A DNA stretch of 64,000 bases, from positions 50,211 through 114,210 of the forward strand of contig JAKAKJ010000082.1 of the NCBI GenBank assembly GCA_021824575.1, written 5' to 3'. This stretch comes from Chloroflexota bacterium (lineage in GTDB: Bacteria; Chloroflexota; Anaerolineae; Anaerolineales; Villigracilaceae). The notes beneath the pieces were generated by a model, which was given only the letters and a program-made list of their open reading frames with translations, was not told the origin of the DNA and did no database searches. Within the stretch, counting starts at the first letter, position 1; every line of letters begins with the position of its first letter. A program made the translations under genes and the position numbers. Shown one piece after another: positions 56,436 to 64,000 of the stretch.

Positions 56436-57449
56436 ATGAAACGATGGCATTTTTGGCTTGGAGTTCTCATTAGCGTTGTTTTTATCTGGCTCGCCTTGCG
56501 CGGCTTGCGTCTTGACCAGTTTTGGGATGTGGTGAAACACGCGGACTACTGGTGGCTGATCCCCGGCATCGCGGTTTATTTTGTGGATGTGTGGGCACGG
56601 GCATGGCGCTGGCATTATTTGTTGAGGCCGGTCAAAAAGATTCCGACCCGGCGCATGTTTCCCATTGTGACGATTGGCTTTATGGGCAACAATATCTATC
56701 CGGCACGCGCGGGGGAAGTGCTGCGCGCGGTCATTCTGAAACGCAAGGAAGATGTATCCATTTCGGCCGCGCTTGCAACCATTGTCGTGGAACGCATCTT
56801 CGACGGCGTGGTGATGCTGTCGTTCATATTTGTCAATCTGCCGGAGCTCGCCAAGCTGACGGGGCAATCTGGATTCGTCGGTAACATTCAACAAGTGGCT
56901 GTGATCGGCACGGCGTTTTTTATCGGCGCGCTGATTATCTTTTTATTGGCCGCCATGTTTCCGCAAATCACCATCAAAGTCGGCGGATGGTTCATTGATC
57001 GTTTTCTTCCCGAACGCTTTCGCCAGCAGACGAATGGCTTAATGCACAAATTTCTTGATGGCCTGGCATCCCTGCGCTCGCCGCTGGATATTCTGATGGT
57101 GTTCGTTACGTCGGTGGTCATCTGGTTATTGGAAACGGGAAAATACTGGTTCGTGATGCACGCATTCAACTTTAGTGTTTCGTTCTTTGCGTTGATGCTG
57201 ATGAACGGCATCGTCAATCTTGCAACGACCATTCCGTCCGCGCCGGGATACATTGGCACATTCGATGCGCCGGGCATCGCGGTGCTGACCGCCTACGGCG
57301 TGGATCAAGCCACCGCGGCGGGCTACACATTGGTTTTGCATGTCGCGCTGTGGCTGCCCATCACGTTATTGGGCGCATATTTCCTGACGCGCGAAGGAAT
57401 TCACTGGAGCGATTCGCTGCGCGCAGAGACAAATGAAATTAACGCGTAG
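56436..57449 (+). CDS. Flippase-like (UPF0104 / lysyl-PG-synthase TM region) membrane protein
   Basis: WR.LL.P......R.F.I..IGF..NN.YPARAGEVLRA pattern with ~8 TM segments. Start at ATG 56436 (or 56418). The TAG stop lies inside the REP copy. Confidence 0.75.
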   Translation: MKRWHFWLGVLISVVFIWLALRGLRLDQFWDVVKHADYWWLIPGIAVYFVDVWARAWRWHYLLRPVKKIPTRRMFPIVTIGFMGNNIYPARAGEVLRAVILKRKEDVSISAALATIVVERIFDGVVMLSFIFVNLPELAKLTGQSGFVGNIQQVAVIGTAFFIGALIIFLLAAMFPQITIKVGGWFIDRFLPERFRQQTNGLMHKFLDGLASLRSPLDILMVFVTSVVIWLLETGKYWFVMHAFNFSVSFFALMLMNGIVNLATTIPSAPGYIGTFDAPGIAVLTAYGVDQATAAGYTLVLHVALWLPITLLGAYFLTREGIHWSDSLRAETNEINA

Positions 57450-57474
57450 GGGCACAGCGTCGCTGTGCCCCTAC
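57446..57474. repeat. REP-like family 1 palindrome (copy 2, identical to 53087-53115)
   Basis: GTAGGGGCACAGCGTCGCTGTGCCCCTAC. It contains the stop codon of the upstream gene and ends 10 nt before the next ATG. Confidence 0.85.
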
Positions 57475-57484
57475 CGGAGGAATT

Positions 57485-58768
57485 ATGAAAATTGCAATCA
57501 TTGGCGCGGGATTTGGCGGCATGGCTGCCGCCTTCGACCTGCGCAAGGCCGGGCACAATATCACCATTTTCGAATCCGCGGATTACGTTGGCGGATTGGC
57601 CAGCGGATTCAAAGAGCCAAATTGGGATTGGTCGGTTGAAAAGTTTTATCACCACTGGTTCCAGTCCGATAAATCCATGCTTGGACTCATCCGCGATCTG
57701 GGGTGGGAGGATCAAGTTATTTTTCCGCGGCCGTATACTGTTTTGCTTTATAACGGAAAATGGTATCCGTTCGATTCGATTTTGAAAGCGCTTCTTTTCC
57801 CGGGACTTGGATTCGGTCTCGATAAAATTCGCTTTGGCCTCGTTGGACTCTATCTCCGTTTAACGAACGACTGGAAATCGCTCGAAAAATATACTGCCAA
57901 TGAATGGATGCGGAAATGGGCTGGATCAGCCGTCTATGAAAAGATGTGGGAGCCGCTTCTCATCGGAAAATTCGGGCCGTATTACAAGGATGTCAACATG
58001 GCGTGGATGTGGGCACGGCTTAAGGCGCGCACCACGCGTCTCGGAACATTCGAGGGCGGCTTTCAACGATTCGCCGATAAATTTGCTGAACGATTGCGCG
58101 CCATGGGCGTCGAGATCAGAATGGAGACGCGCGTCAAGTTCATTAAACGGGGGCCAGATAAAGGTCTGCTCGTTGCGGCGGGACAGGTCGAGTCCTTCGA
58201 TAAGGTGCTGGTCACCACCTCGCCAAATCTGATGGCAAAAATGTGTCCCGATCTGCCCGAAGATTATTTGCAGGGTTTGTTGGATCTAAAATCAATGGGT
58301 GCAGTCGTGATGGTGCTGTCGCTCAAACGCCAGCTTTCAGAACAGGGCTATTACTGGTTCAATCTTCCAAAGGAAGAAGGCTATCCGTTTTTGGCATTGG
58401 TGGAGCACACGAATTTCGTGCCAGCCAAAAATTTCGGCGGCGATCATATTGTGTACGCCGGTGATTATCTGGAAAACGACCACGAATATTTTGCGATGAG
58501 CGATGATGAATTGCTCGAGCGTTTCACGCCTGCGTTCAAAAAATTCAATCCTGCGTTTTCACAGGATTGGGTAAACAAGATTTGGGTGTTCAAAACTAAT
58601 TATGCCCAGCCTGTTCCGCTCGTGAATCATTCGAGGAATATTCCATCCATCGAAACGCCGATAGATGGTTTATATTTCGCTTCGATGAGCCAGGTCTATC
58701 CATGGGATCGCGGTACAAACTTCGCAGTTGAGATTGGACGGCGCGCCGCAAGCCTGATGTCGAAATGA
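57485..58768 (+). CDS. NAD(P)/FAD-dependent oxidoreductase (amine-oxidase / phytoene-desaturase / HemY-like fold)
   Basis: MKIAIIGAGFGGMAAAFDL dinucleotide-binding motif, ...GGLASG... and a C-terminal FAS(M)S...G motif region. Confidence 0.75.
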   Translation: MKIAIIGAGFGGMAAAFDLRKAGHNITIFESADYVGGLASGFKEPNWDWSVEKFYHHWFQSDKSMLGLIRDLGWEDQVIFPRPYTVLLYNGKWYPFDSILKALLFPGLGFGLDKIRFGLVGLYLRLTNDWKSLEKYTANEWMRKWAGSAVYEKMWEPLLIGKFGPYYKDVNMAWMWARLKARTTRLGTFEGGFQRFADKFAERLRAMGVEIRMETRVKFIKRGPDKGLLVAAGQVESFDKVLVTTSPNLMAKMCPDLPEDYLQGLLDLKSMGAVVMVLSLKRQLSEQGYYWFNLPKEEGYPFLALVEHTNFVPAKNFGGDHIVYAGDYLENDHEYFAMSDDELLERFTPAFKKFNPAFSQDWVNKIWVFKTNYAQPVPLVNHSRNIPSIETPIDGLYFASMSQVYPWDRGTNFAVEIGRRAASLMSK

Positions 58769-59409
58769 AAGTCATTGGCATTGATCTTTCAGGGCCGCGC
58801 AATGTTGCTGATACTTTTGTGACGGTCTTTGAAGATGCAGGAAACCATTTACGTTTCATGGAAGTAATCGAAGGGGCGGATGATCAAAGAATCTTTCATA
58901 CGATTTCTGATTTTGATAATAGCGAACGCGTCGTGATTGGAATCGACGCGCCGCTTTCCTACAATCCCGGCGGCGGAGATCGCGATTCGGACCGAGAGTT
59001 GCGCCACCTCGTTTTGGAAAAGGGACGCGGTGTTGGCATCATGCCTCCGACGATGATCCGCATGGTTTATTTGACTCTGCGCGGTGCAGCTCTGACGCGC
59101 ATGTTAGAAACGCTGAGGCCGAATCTCGATTTTCAAATCGTGGAAGTTCATTCCGGCGCGTGCATGTTGTTGCGCGGCGCAAATGCCAAAGATGTCGCGG
59201 GATTCAAACGTAACATGCAAGCGCGTTTGAATTTGCTCAATTGGTTGGAAACAAAAGGATTGAGTAATTTACCAAGAACAGAAAATGTTGCAGATCATTT
59301 CGTCGCATCCTGCGCGTCAGCACTGGGCGCGTGGCAGTGGTCGGTGGGCAGGCCGGTTTGGGTCCATGCCGCAGAGCCGCCGAATCATCCGTATGATTTT
59401 GGATGCTAA
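58765..59409 (+). CDS. DUF429-like predicted RNase-H-fold protein
   Basis: VIGIDLSG, VIGIDAPLS, EVHSGACM and DHFVASCASALGA resemble DUF429 motifs. ATGA overlap with the upstream gene. Confidence 0.45.
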   Translation: MKVIGIDLSGPRNVADTFVTVFEDAGNHLRFMEVIEGADDQRIFHTISDFDNSERVVIGIDAPLSYNPGGGDRDSDRELRHLVLEKGRGVGIMPPTMIRMVYLTLRGAALTRMLETLRPNLDFQIVEVHSGACMLLRGANAKDVAGFKRNMQARLNLLNWLETKGLSNLPRTENVADHFVASCASALGAWQWSVGRPVWVHAAEPPNHPYDFGC

Positions 59410-59578
59410 TCACAAAATAGCGTCTTCATCTCAACAAAAAAAATTTGGAAGCCGGGGACAAACTATATGATGTCTCCATATTCTTTTTACAATTTCGAAA
59501 CAACAAAATCATCATCCTTTTACGCTCATCTTTTATCCTTCGCTGATGCGCCAATAGCATCTCTCGAAGAATACAAAG

Positions 59579-60511
59579 ATGTACAAATATATAAATTCAC
59601 TTTCAAAAAGGTTTCTCCTTCCCTGCGTTACATTGACTGCCATTTTGCTTGGCTCCTGCGGGCCATCCGCCTCAACGAACTCAACAAACACCCTCCATGT
59701 AATCTATACTGCGGCCGCGCAGACTGTCGAAGCCCAATACACAGCAGATGTGCCAACAACGACCGAACAAACCGCAACACCCATTCCGACTGACACGCCT
59801 TCCGATATTTCCGTGCCAACGAGTCTGCCTGTGTTGGAGTTTGCTGCAACATCCACTCCATATCCAGCCATAGCTGGAGGAACTGCCTGCGACGACTCAA
59901 GCTATATTTCAGATGTGACGATTCCTGATAACACAGTTGTCCCCGCCGGGCAGACCTTTGTCAAAACATGGATGTTCCAGAATACCGGTTCCTGCGCGTG
60001 GAATGCAAACTACACCCTGACTTTTATCAACGGCGACCCAATGAATGGAGCTGACGCAAGCATCGGCGGCTCGGTTGATCCGGGACAGCAGGCGGCATTA
60101 TCAGTGACGTTGACCGCGCCAACAACTGCCGGACAATATACCGGTTACTGGCAGTTAGCCAACGACTCGGGCGAGGCTTTCGGCGTGACCGTCTACGTGT
60201 TGATAGATGTCGCCGAAGATGCAACAGCAACACCAATCTCCACTGATACTCCAACAGTCACAGCAACGGAAGTTGTTCCGACCGCGACAATCGAAGAATC
60301 ACCCACTCCTACGGAAACGTCTCAACCATCCGCAACGCCAAGCCCGACGGCTGAAATGTCCACACCGACCGGCACAAACACATCCATTCCCACGCCGACC
60401 AATACACCATCAGGGCCGACAGCCACCAGCGTTCCAACCGATACAAAGGCCCCCACTAACACTGCTGTTCCCACGGATACGCCGCTGCCAGCTCCAACCG
60501 CCACGCCCTAA
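59579..60511 (+). CDS. Secreted lipoprotein with NBR1-like Ig (FW) domain flanked by P/T-rich segments
   Basis: Lipobox LLGSC. DVTIPDNTVVPAGQTFVKTWMFQNTGSCAW...YTGYWQLANDSGEAFG. ~95-aa PT-rich tail. Confidence 0.7.
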   Translation: MYKYINSLSKRFLLPCVTLTAILLGSCGPSASTNSTNTLHVIYTAAAQTVEAQYTADVPTTTEQTATPIPTDTPSDISVPTSLPVLEFAATSTPYPAIAGGTACDDSSYISDVTIPDNTVVPAGQTFVKTWMFQNTGSCAWNANYTLTFINGDPMNGADASIGGSVDPGQQAALSVTLTAPTTAGQYTGYWQLANDSGEAFGVTVYVLIDVAEDATATPISTDTPTVTATEVVPTATIEESPTPTETSQPSATPSPTAEMSTPTGTNTSIPTPTNTPSGPTATSVPTDTKAPTNTAVPTDTPLPAPTATP

Positions 60512-60535
60512 CGTTGACCACGTAAAAGTCGAGCG

Positions 60536-60572
60536 CAAAAAAATGCGAGAAAAATCTTCCCGCATTTTTTCA
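60536..60572 (+). terminator. A-run/hairpin/T-run terminator after the NBR1-like gene
   Basis: AAAAAAATGCG ... CGCATTTTTT. Confidence 0.5.
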
Positions 60573-60632
60573 TGCTTGAACGCCGCATTTGGCTGATCGA
60601 ATATTGCTTTCGAGCGAACAGGCAATAAATAA

Positions 60633-60668
60633 CGCCCATCCGAAATCCTAAATGATTCCGGATGGGCG
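60633..60668 (-). terminator. 10-bp hairpin downstream of the VIT-like fragment
   Basis: CGCCCATCCG (60633-60642) pairs with CGGATGGGCG (60659-60668). A T-rich tract follows on the minus strand. Confidence 0.4.
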
Positions 60669-60758
60669 TCGAAAGGAGGAGCATGTTCAGGCCCGCATCA
60701 GCCTATGTTTTTATTCTACATCTGCAAGATGACACTGTGATGAAACATTCCTGGAGAG

Positions 60759-60956
60759 TCACCCAATCCATTTTGTGATTCGAAAAGCGGCGCCTGCGGT
60801 CAGCCCGGCAAGGACAACCACATGACTGGCCGCGACCGCCGAAAGTCCCGCGGCGAGCGCAAATGGAACGGTCAAGCCGTCCGATATGCCAATCATAATG
60901 TCGCGCACATTTTCAGAAGCAGTAAAATGTTTTTCGATGTGTGAAGTTTTCGGCAT
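60759..60956 (-). pseudogene. Truncated VIT1/CCC1-family (iron/manganese transporter) N-terminal fragment
   Basis: MPKTSHIEKHFTASENVRDIMIGISDGLTVPFALAAGL... matches the VIT N-terminus and TM1-2. The frame ends after 65 aa (full-length proteins are ~230 aa) and I found no continuation in any frame downstream. Confidence 0.5.
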
Positions 60957-61173
60957 TAATTCTCTCCTCTGATTCGTTTCCGTGAGTATGCTGCTTTTGA
61001 GATGACGCTCTGAAACTCGACCCACAGCGCAGAACAGAAACCCGGAGAATGCCGCGACTCTTACGATTCGATTCTAGCCAAACACTAATATAAACCTACC
61101 AAAACTTACATTGACCCGATTGGCAACCCGAAGCACAATCGCATCATGAAATTTCAGCCCAGCGAGGGATAAC

Positions 61174-61338
61174 ATGCAGGATCCAAACCAACCGCGTTCC
61201 AACGACAAATCACACATGCCCGCAAATTCAGCGCTTTACGAAAAGGTCATTCCCGCGGCGCTCGTGCTCATGGGAATTCTAACAGTAGCGCTGATTTTGT
61301 TTGCGGCCTTCGTTCTGCTTGGCGTCATCCATCTCTAA
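61174..61338 (+). CDS. Unlisted small ORF (54 aa) encoding a single-TM protein
   Basis: ATG 61174 lies 5 nt after GAGGGA. MQDPNQPRSNDKSHMPANSALYEKVIPAALVLMGILTVALILFAAFVLLGVIHL. It ends 17 nt before the next gene. Below the ORF-track length cutoff. Confidence 0.4.
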   Translation: MQDPNQPRSNDKSHMPANSALYEKVIPAALVLMGILTVALILFAAFVLLGVIHL

Positions 61339-61354
61339 ATTCGCCGGAGTAAAC

Positions 61355-62080
61355 ATGTCCATCATTCAAATCCTTCCATTCATCTCAACTGCGATCATGC
61401 TTGGGTTCACCATTTATGTTTTGCAGCGTTATTTTGTCCGCCGCGCTCCGCACTTTTTATTCTGGGGCATCGGCCTCGCGATGTTCGGCGCGGGGAGTTT
61501 CGCGGAGGTTTATCTTTCACTGGCCTGGAGCCGGGCTGTCTTCATCATTTGGTATTTGTGCGGCGCGATTCTGAACCCGGCCTGGATCGGACAAGGCACG
61601 CTGTATTTGCTGGTCAGGAAACGATGGGTCCATATCGTAACTGGGGTTCTGATCCTGGCGAGTCTTATCAGTGCGGGCCTGATGCTATCCATCCCTATCA
61701 ACGACAGCGCCTTCCAACTCGGAATGCCGATCAGCCAGCAATATAAGGCAATTATTCCAGCCGCATCGTTCAATGTGATTCTTATCCCCACCATTATTTT
61801 TGGAACCGACGGTCTCATCCTGCTGGTGGGTGGAGCGCTTTATTCGGCGTTCCTGTTTTGGCGCAAACGTGTTCTGCCCAATCGCGTCATCGGTAATGTT
61901 TTGATCGCTGCCGGTGCGCTGTCCGTGGCATTCGCCAGCGAACTGACGGGATTGGGCTTCGGGCAGTACCTGTATGTCGGTGAGTTGGTTGCAGCCATTT
62001 TGATGTTCATCGGATTCCTCTCAGCCGCCCGGCCCCAGCCGAATGAGACACCTCAAGCTGTTCCTGCCACTGCCGATTGA
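61355..62080 (+). CDS. Hypothetical polytopic membrane protein
   Basis: Start at ATG 61355 (MSIIQILPF). ~7 TM segments. No family recognised. Confidence 0.6.
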   Translation: MSIIQILPFISTAIMLGFTIYVLQRYFVRRAPHFLFWGIGLAMFGAGSFAEVYLSLAWSRAVFIIWYLCGAILNPAWIGQGTLYLLVRKRWVHIVTGVLILASLISAGLMLSIPINDSAFQLGMPISQQYKAIIPAASFNVILIPTIIFGTDGLILLVGGALYSAFLFWRKRVLPNRVIGNVLIAAGALSVAFASELTGLGFGQYLYVGELVAAILMFIGFLSAARPQPNETPQAVPATAD

Positions 62081-62233
62081 TCTACAACCTTAACCTTAAA
62101 AATTGACCGTCACCTTGGAAGCGACGGTCAATTTTTTTAAATCTCCTCGCAACGATAGATAATAAGTGTAAAATGGAAACAACAATCGTCAACGCCGCGA
62201 CTGCGGCGTTCCCTTAACTCAAAAGGAGATCCC

Positions 62234-62659
62234 ATGTACCACACCATTATCATTGTTGGCAATCTTGGCAAGGACCCCGAAATGCGCTACACGCCGTCGG
62301 GACAGGCAGTTACTTCTTTTTCCGTTGCCACAAGCCGCAAATACACCTCCAGCAACGGAGAACAAGTCAATGAAACGATCTGGTTCCGCGTATCCGCCTG
62401 GGGAAAGCAAGCCGAGATCTGCAACCAGTATCTAAAAAAGGGATCCAAAGTGCTCATTGAAGGGCGATTGACGCCCGATAAAAATACAGGCGGGCCGCGT
62501 ATTTGGCAAAGGCAGGACGGAACTTCGGGCGCCTCTTTTGAAGTCACAGCCCAGACGGTACGCTTCCTCAGCTCGCGCGGTGATAGTGACGGAGGCGGTG
62601 GTGTGGTGGATGCAGGCGATATGGCAACTGCTCCCGCCGAAGATGATATTCCGTTCTAA
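62234..62659 (+). CDS. ssb: Single-stranded DNA-binding protein
   Basis: OB fold (IIVGNLGKDPEMRYTPSGQAVTSFSVAT...WFRVSAWGKQAE), a G-rich linker and the acidic tip DDIPF. Confidence 0.9.
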   Translation: MYHTIIIVGNLGKDPEMRYTPSGQAVTSFSVATSRKYTSSNGEQVNETIWFRVSAWGKQAEICNQYLKKGSKVLIEGRLTPDKNTGGPRIWQRQDGTSGASFEVTAQTVRFLSSRGDSDGGGGVVDAGDMATAPAEDDIPF

Positions 62660-62720
62660 ATTCATTCGTCTTCAAGTCGCGCTGTGGACTTGTAAGACAG
62701 AAAGACCTGTGGGCTAATCC

Positions 62721-63053
62721 ATGTCTCTACCTCAACCTCCAGCTTCCCCCGTGCTGATCGTCCCGGATGGACTTGAGATCGCTTACGCCAATTTGGCGCG
62801 TATTTCCCATTCGCCAGCTGATATTGTCATTGATTTTGCTCACCTGCTCCCCGCTGAAACCAAAGCAACGGTCAAAGCGCGCGTGCTGATGTCGCCGCTT
62901 TCGGCCAAGTTGCTGCTGCGCGCATTGACCGAAAACATTGCGCGCTACGAAGCCGCCTTTGGAGAAATCACAGTTCCGGTCAATTCATCGTTGGCTGAGA
63001 ATCTTTTTCGTCCGCACCAGCCGCCGGAGCCTCCAAAGAACGATCAGGCTTGA
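62721..63053 (+). CDS. DUF3467-family protein
   Basis: YANLARISHSPADIVIDFAHLLP...V.ARV.MSP..AK.LL.AL. Confidence 0.7.
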   Translation: MSLPQPPASPVLIVPDGLEIAYANLARISHSPADIVIDFAHLLPAETKATVKARVLMSPLSAKLLLRALTENIARYEAAFGEITVPVNSSLAENLFRPHQPPEPPKNDQA

Positions 63054-63064
63054 TTGGCTTTAGT

Positions 63065-63760
63065 ATGCATAAACTTCAAAGCATTGCCGAACAAATCCGC
63101 CAGGGTTTTGACGCGCGGACCTCTGCCCGCGATCAAGCGCTGGCACAGGCGCGCCAATTGACACGCGCCTGCTCGCTTGCCATCCGCGCCGTCCACCGCG
63201 ATGAAGCGGATGTTATGAATGAACATCTTGCTGAGACGCATACGCTGGCAGAGTCGCTGAAGCGCGACCTGGCTGATTATCCCGACCTGTTTTTCGCTGG
63301 ATATACACAGGACGCGTTGAAGGAATTTGTCGAGGCCAATGTCACGTGCGCGTTGATTCAAAACCAGCCGCTGCTCACGCCGGAACAACTTGGTGTATCC
63401 GGCTTCACATACTTAAATGGTCTTGCTGAAGTGGTCGGCGAATTGCGGCGCAGGACTCTTGATATTTTGCGCCACGGATATTCTCAGGAAGCCGAACGTT
63501 TGCTCGGCATCATGGATGAGATCTATTCCGTGCTGGTGACGATGGATTATCCAGACGCGATCACCAACGGCTTGCGCCGCCAAACCGATCTGGCGCGCGG
63601 CATCATCGAAAAGACACGCGGTGACATTACGTTCAGTCTGCGCGGCGAGCATCTCGAACAAGCCATCGGGCGATTGAGCGATCAATTAAACGGTGGCGAA
63701 TCCAAAGTCGAGAAAAGAGGCGAACGGACCGTTCCGCCAGACGAATCAAACGAAGAATGA
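63065..63760 (+). CDS. Translin-family (COG2178-like) predicted nucleic-acid-binding protein
   Basis: All-helical. YTQDALKEFVEA, YLNGLAEVVGELRRRTLD and LRRQTDLARGIIEKTRGDI resemble translin motifs. ATG at 63065; the ORF-track TTG is at 63050. Confidence 0.55.
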   Translation: MHKLQSIAEQIRQGFDARTSARDQALAQARQLTRACSLAIRAVHRDEADVMNEHLAETHTLAESLKRDLADYPDLFFAGYTQDALKEFVEANVTCALIQNQPLLTPEQLGVSGFTYLNGLAEVVGELRRRTLDILRHGYSQEAERLLGIMDEIYSVLVTMDYPDAITNGLRRQTDLARGIIEKTRGDITFSLRGEHLEQAIGRLSDQLNGGESKVEKRGERTVPPDESNEE

Positions 63761-64000
63761 TCAGCATGGCAAAAGCGGGAAGACGTTATCCACTTTTGAT
63801 TTATACGCGTATGATGGACCGCTGGTGGCCGGCGGTCTTTTGCATTGGGCTGGCAATGATCGCACTGGCCTGGCCCTTTTATAGCGACCTTTATATCCGC
63901 CTGACAGAACCATGGCGCTGGATGACATCAGCCGGGCTGGGCGCGGCTGTGATTTTCATTTCGCTTATCATGCTTGCGCTGCGAAAGAGCGCGTATGTCC
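63757..64000 (+). CDS. Hypothetical membrane protein, 5' part (runs off the window)
   Basis: Open frame from ATG 63757 (overlapping the upstream TGA) to the window end. Two hydrophobic segments (WWPAVFCIGLAMIALAWPF, AGLGAAVIFISLIMLAL). Confidence 0.5.
   Translation, partial: MISMAKAGRRYPLLIYTRMMDRWWPAVFCIGLAMIALAWPFYSDLYIRLTEPWRWMTSAGLGAAVIFISLIMLALRKSAYV

Noticed and set aside
24930-57474. Repeated palindromes as a possible CRISPR array
   Set aside because: The copies are dispersed over 30 kb in separate intergenic gaps. They are self-complementary, have no regular spacing, and no cas genes are present.
59467-59793. 108-aa ORF overlapping the start of the NBR1-like gene
   Set aside because: It is in a different frame from the lipoprotein ORF, which has a proper signal/lipobox. 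The region upstream of 59579 is an A/T-rich promoter-like sequence.

Overview
64-kb chromosomal window of about 55-60% GC (my estimate from counted lines), densely coding with about 60 protein genes. I recognised no rRNA, tRNA, CRISPR array, transposase or integrase. Most genes are housekeeping: valS (3' part), holB, rsgA, a PBP2-type transpeptidase, maf, xpt, guaA, plsY, coaBC, rsmG, recF, def and ssb. The rest are transporters, lipoproteins and signalling proteins. Several features suggest a monoderm Chloroflexota (Anaerolineae-like) genome, but this is inference only: an FMN-riboswitch-controlled NitT/TauT (RibXY-type) ABC transporter, a DUF11-type giant protein with a sortase domain, PT-rich linkers, a mevalonate-family decarboxylase and many translatable REP-like hairpins. 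Main observations: (1) a 9.9-kb gene (7370-17284, minus) encodes a ~3,300-aa repeat adhesin that carries an LPHTG motif ~25 aa upstream of a complete C-terminal sortase domain in the same polypeptide, with no membrane anchor between them. It lies downstream of a cNMP-sensing GGDEF cyclase. (2) A consensus promoter, FMN riboswitch and terminator control an ABC importer. (3) A 1.27-kb low-GC (~32-38%) cassette encoding a PQQ-like beta-propeller lipoprotein abuts the radC stop codon. (4) At least four families of short palindromic intergenic elements occur, and some supply stop codons or C-terminal codons to neighbouring genes. (5) A translationally coupled membrane / vWA-like-FHA / PP2C operon has no kinase in the window. 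(6) A cNMP-binding protein is fused to two membrane bPH (YdbT-like) modules. All domain calls rest on motifs read by eye; no database search was run.
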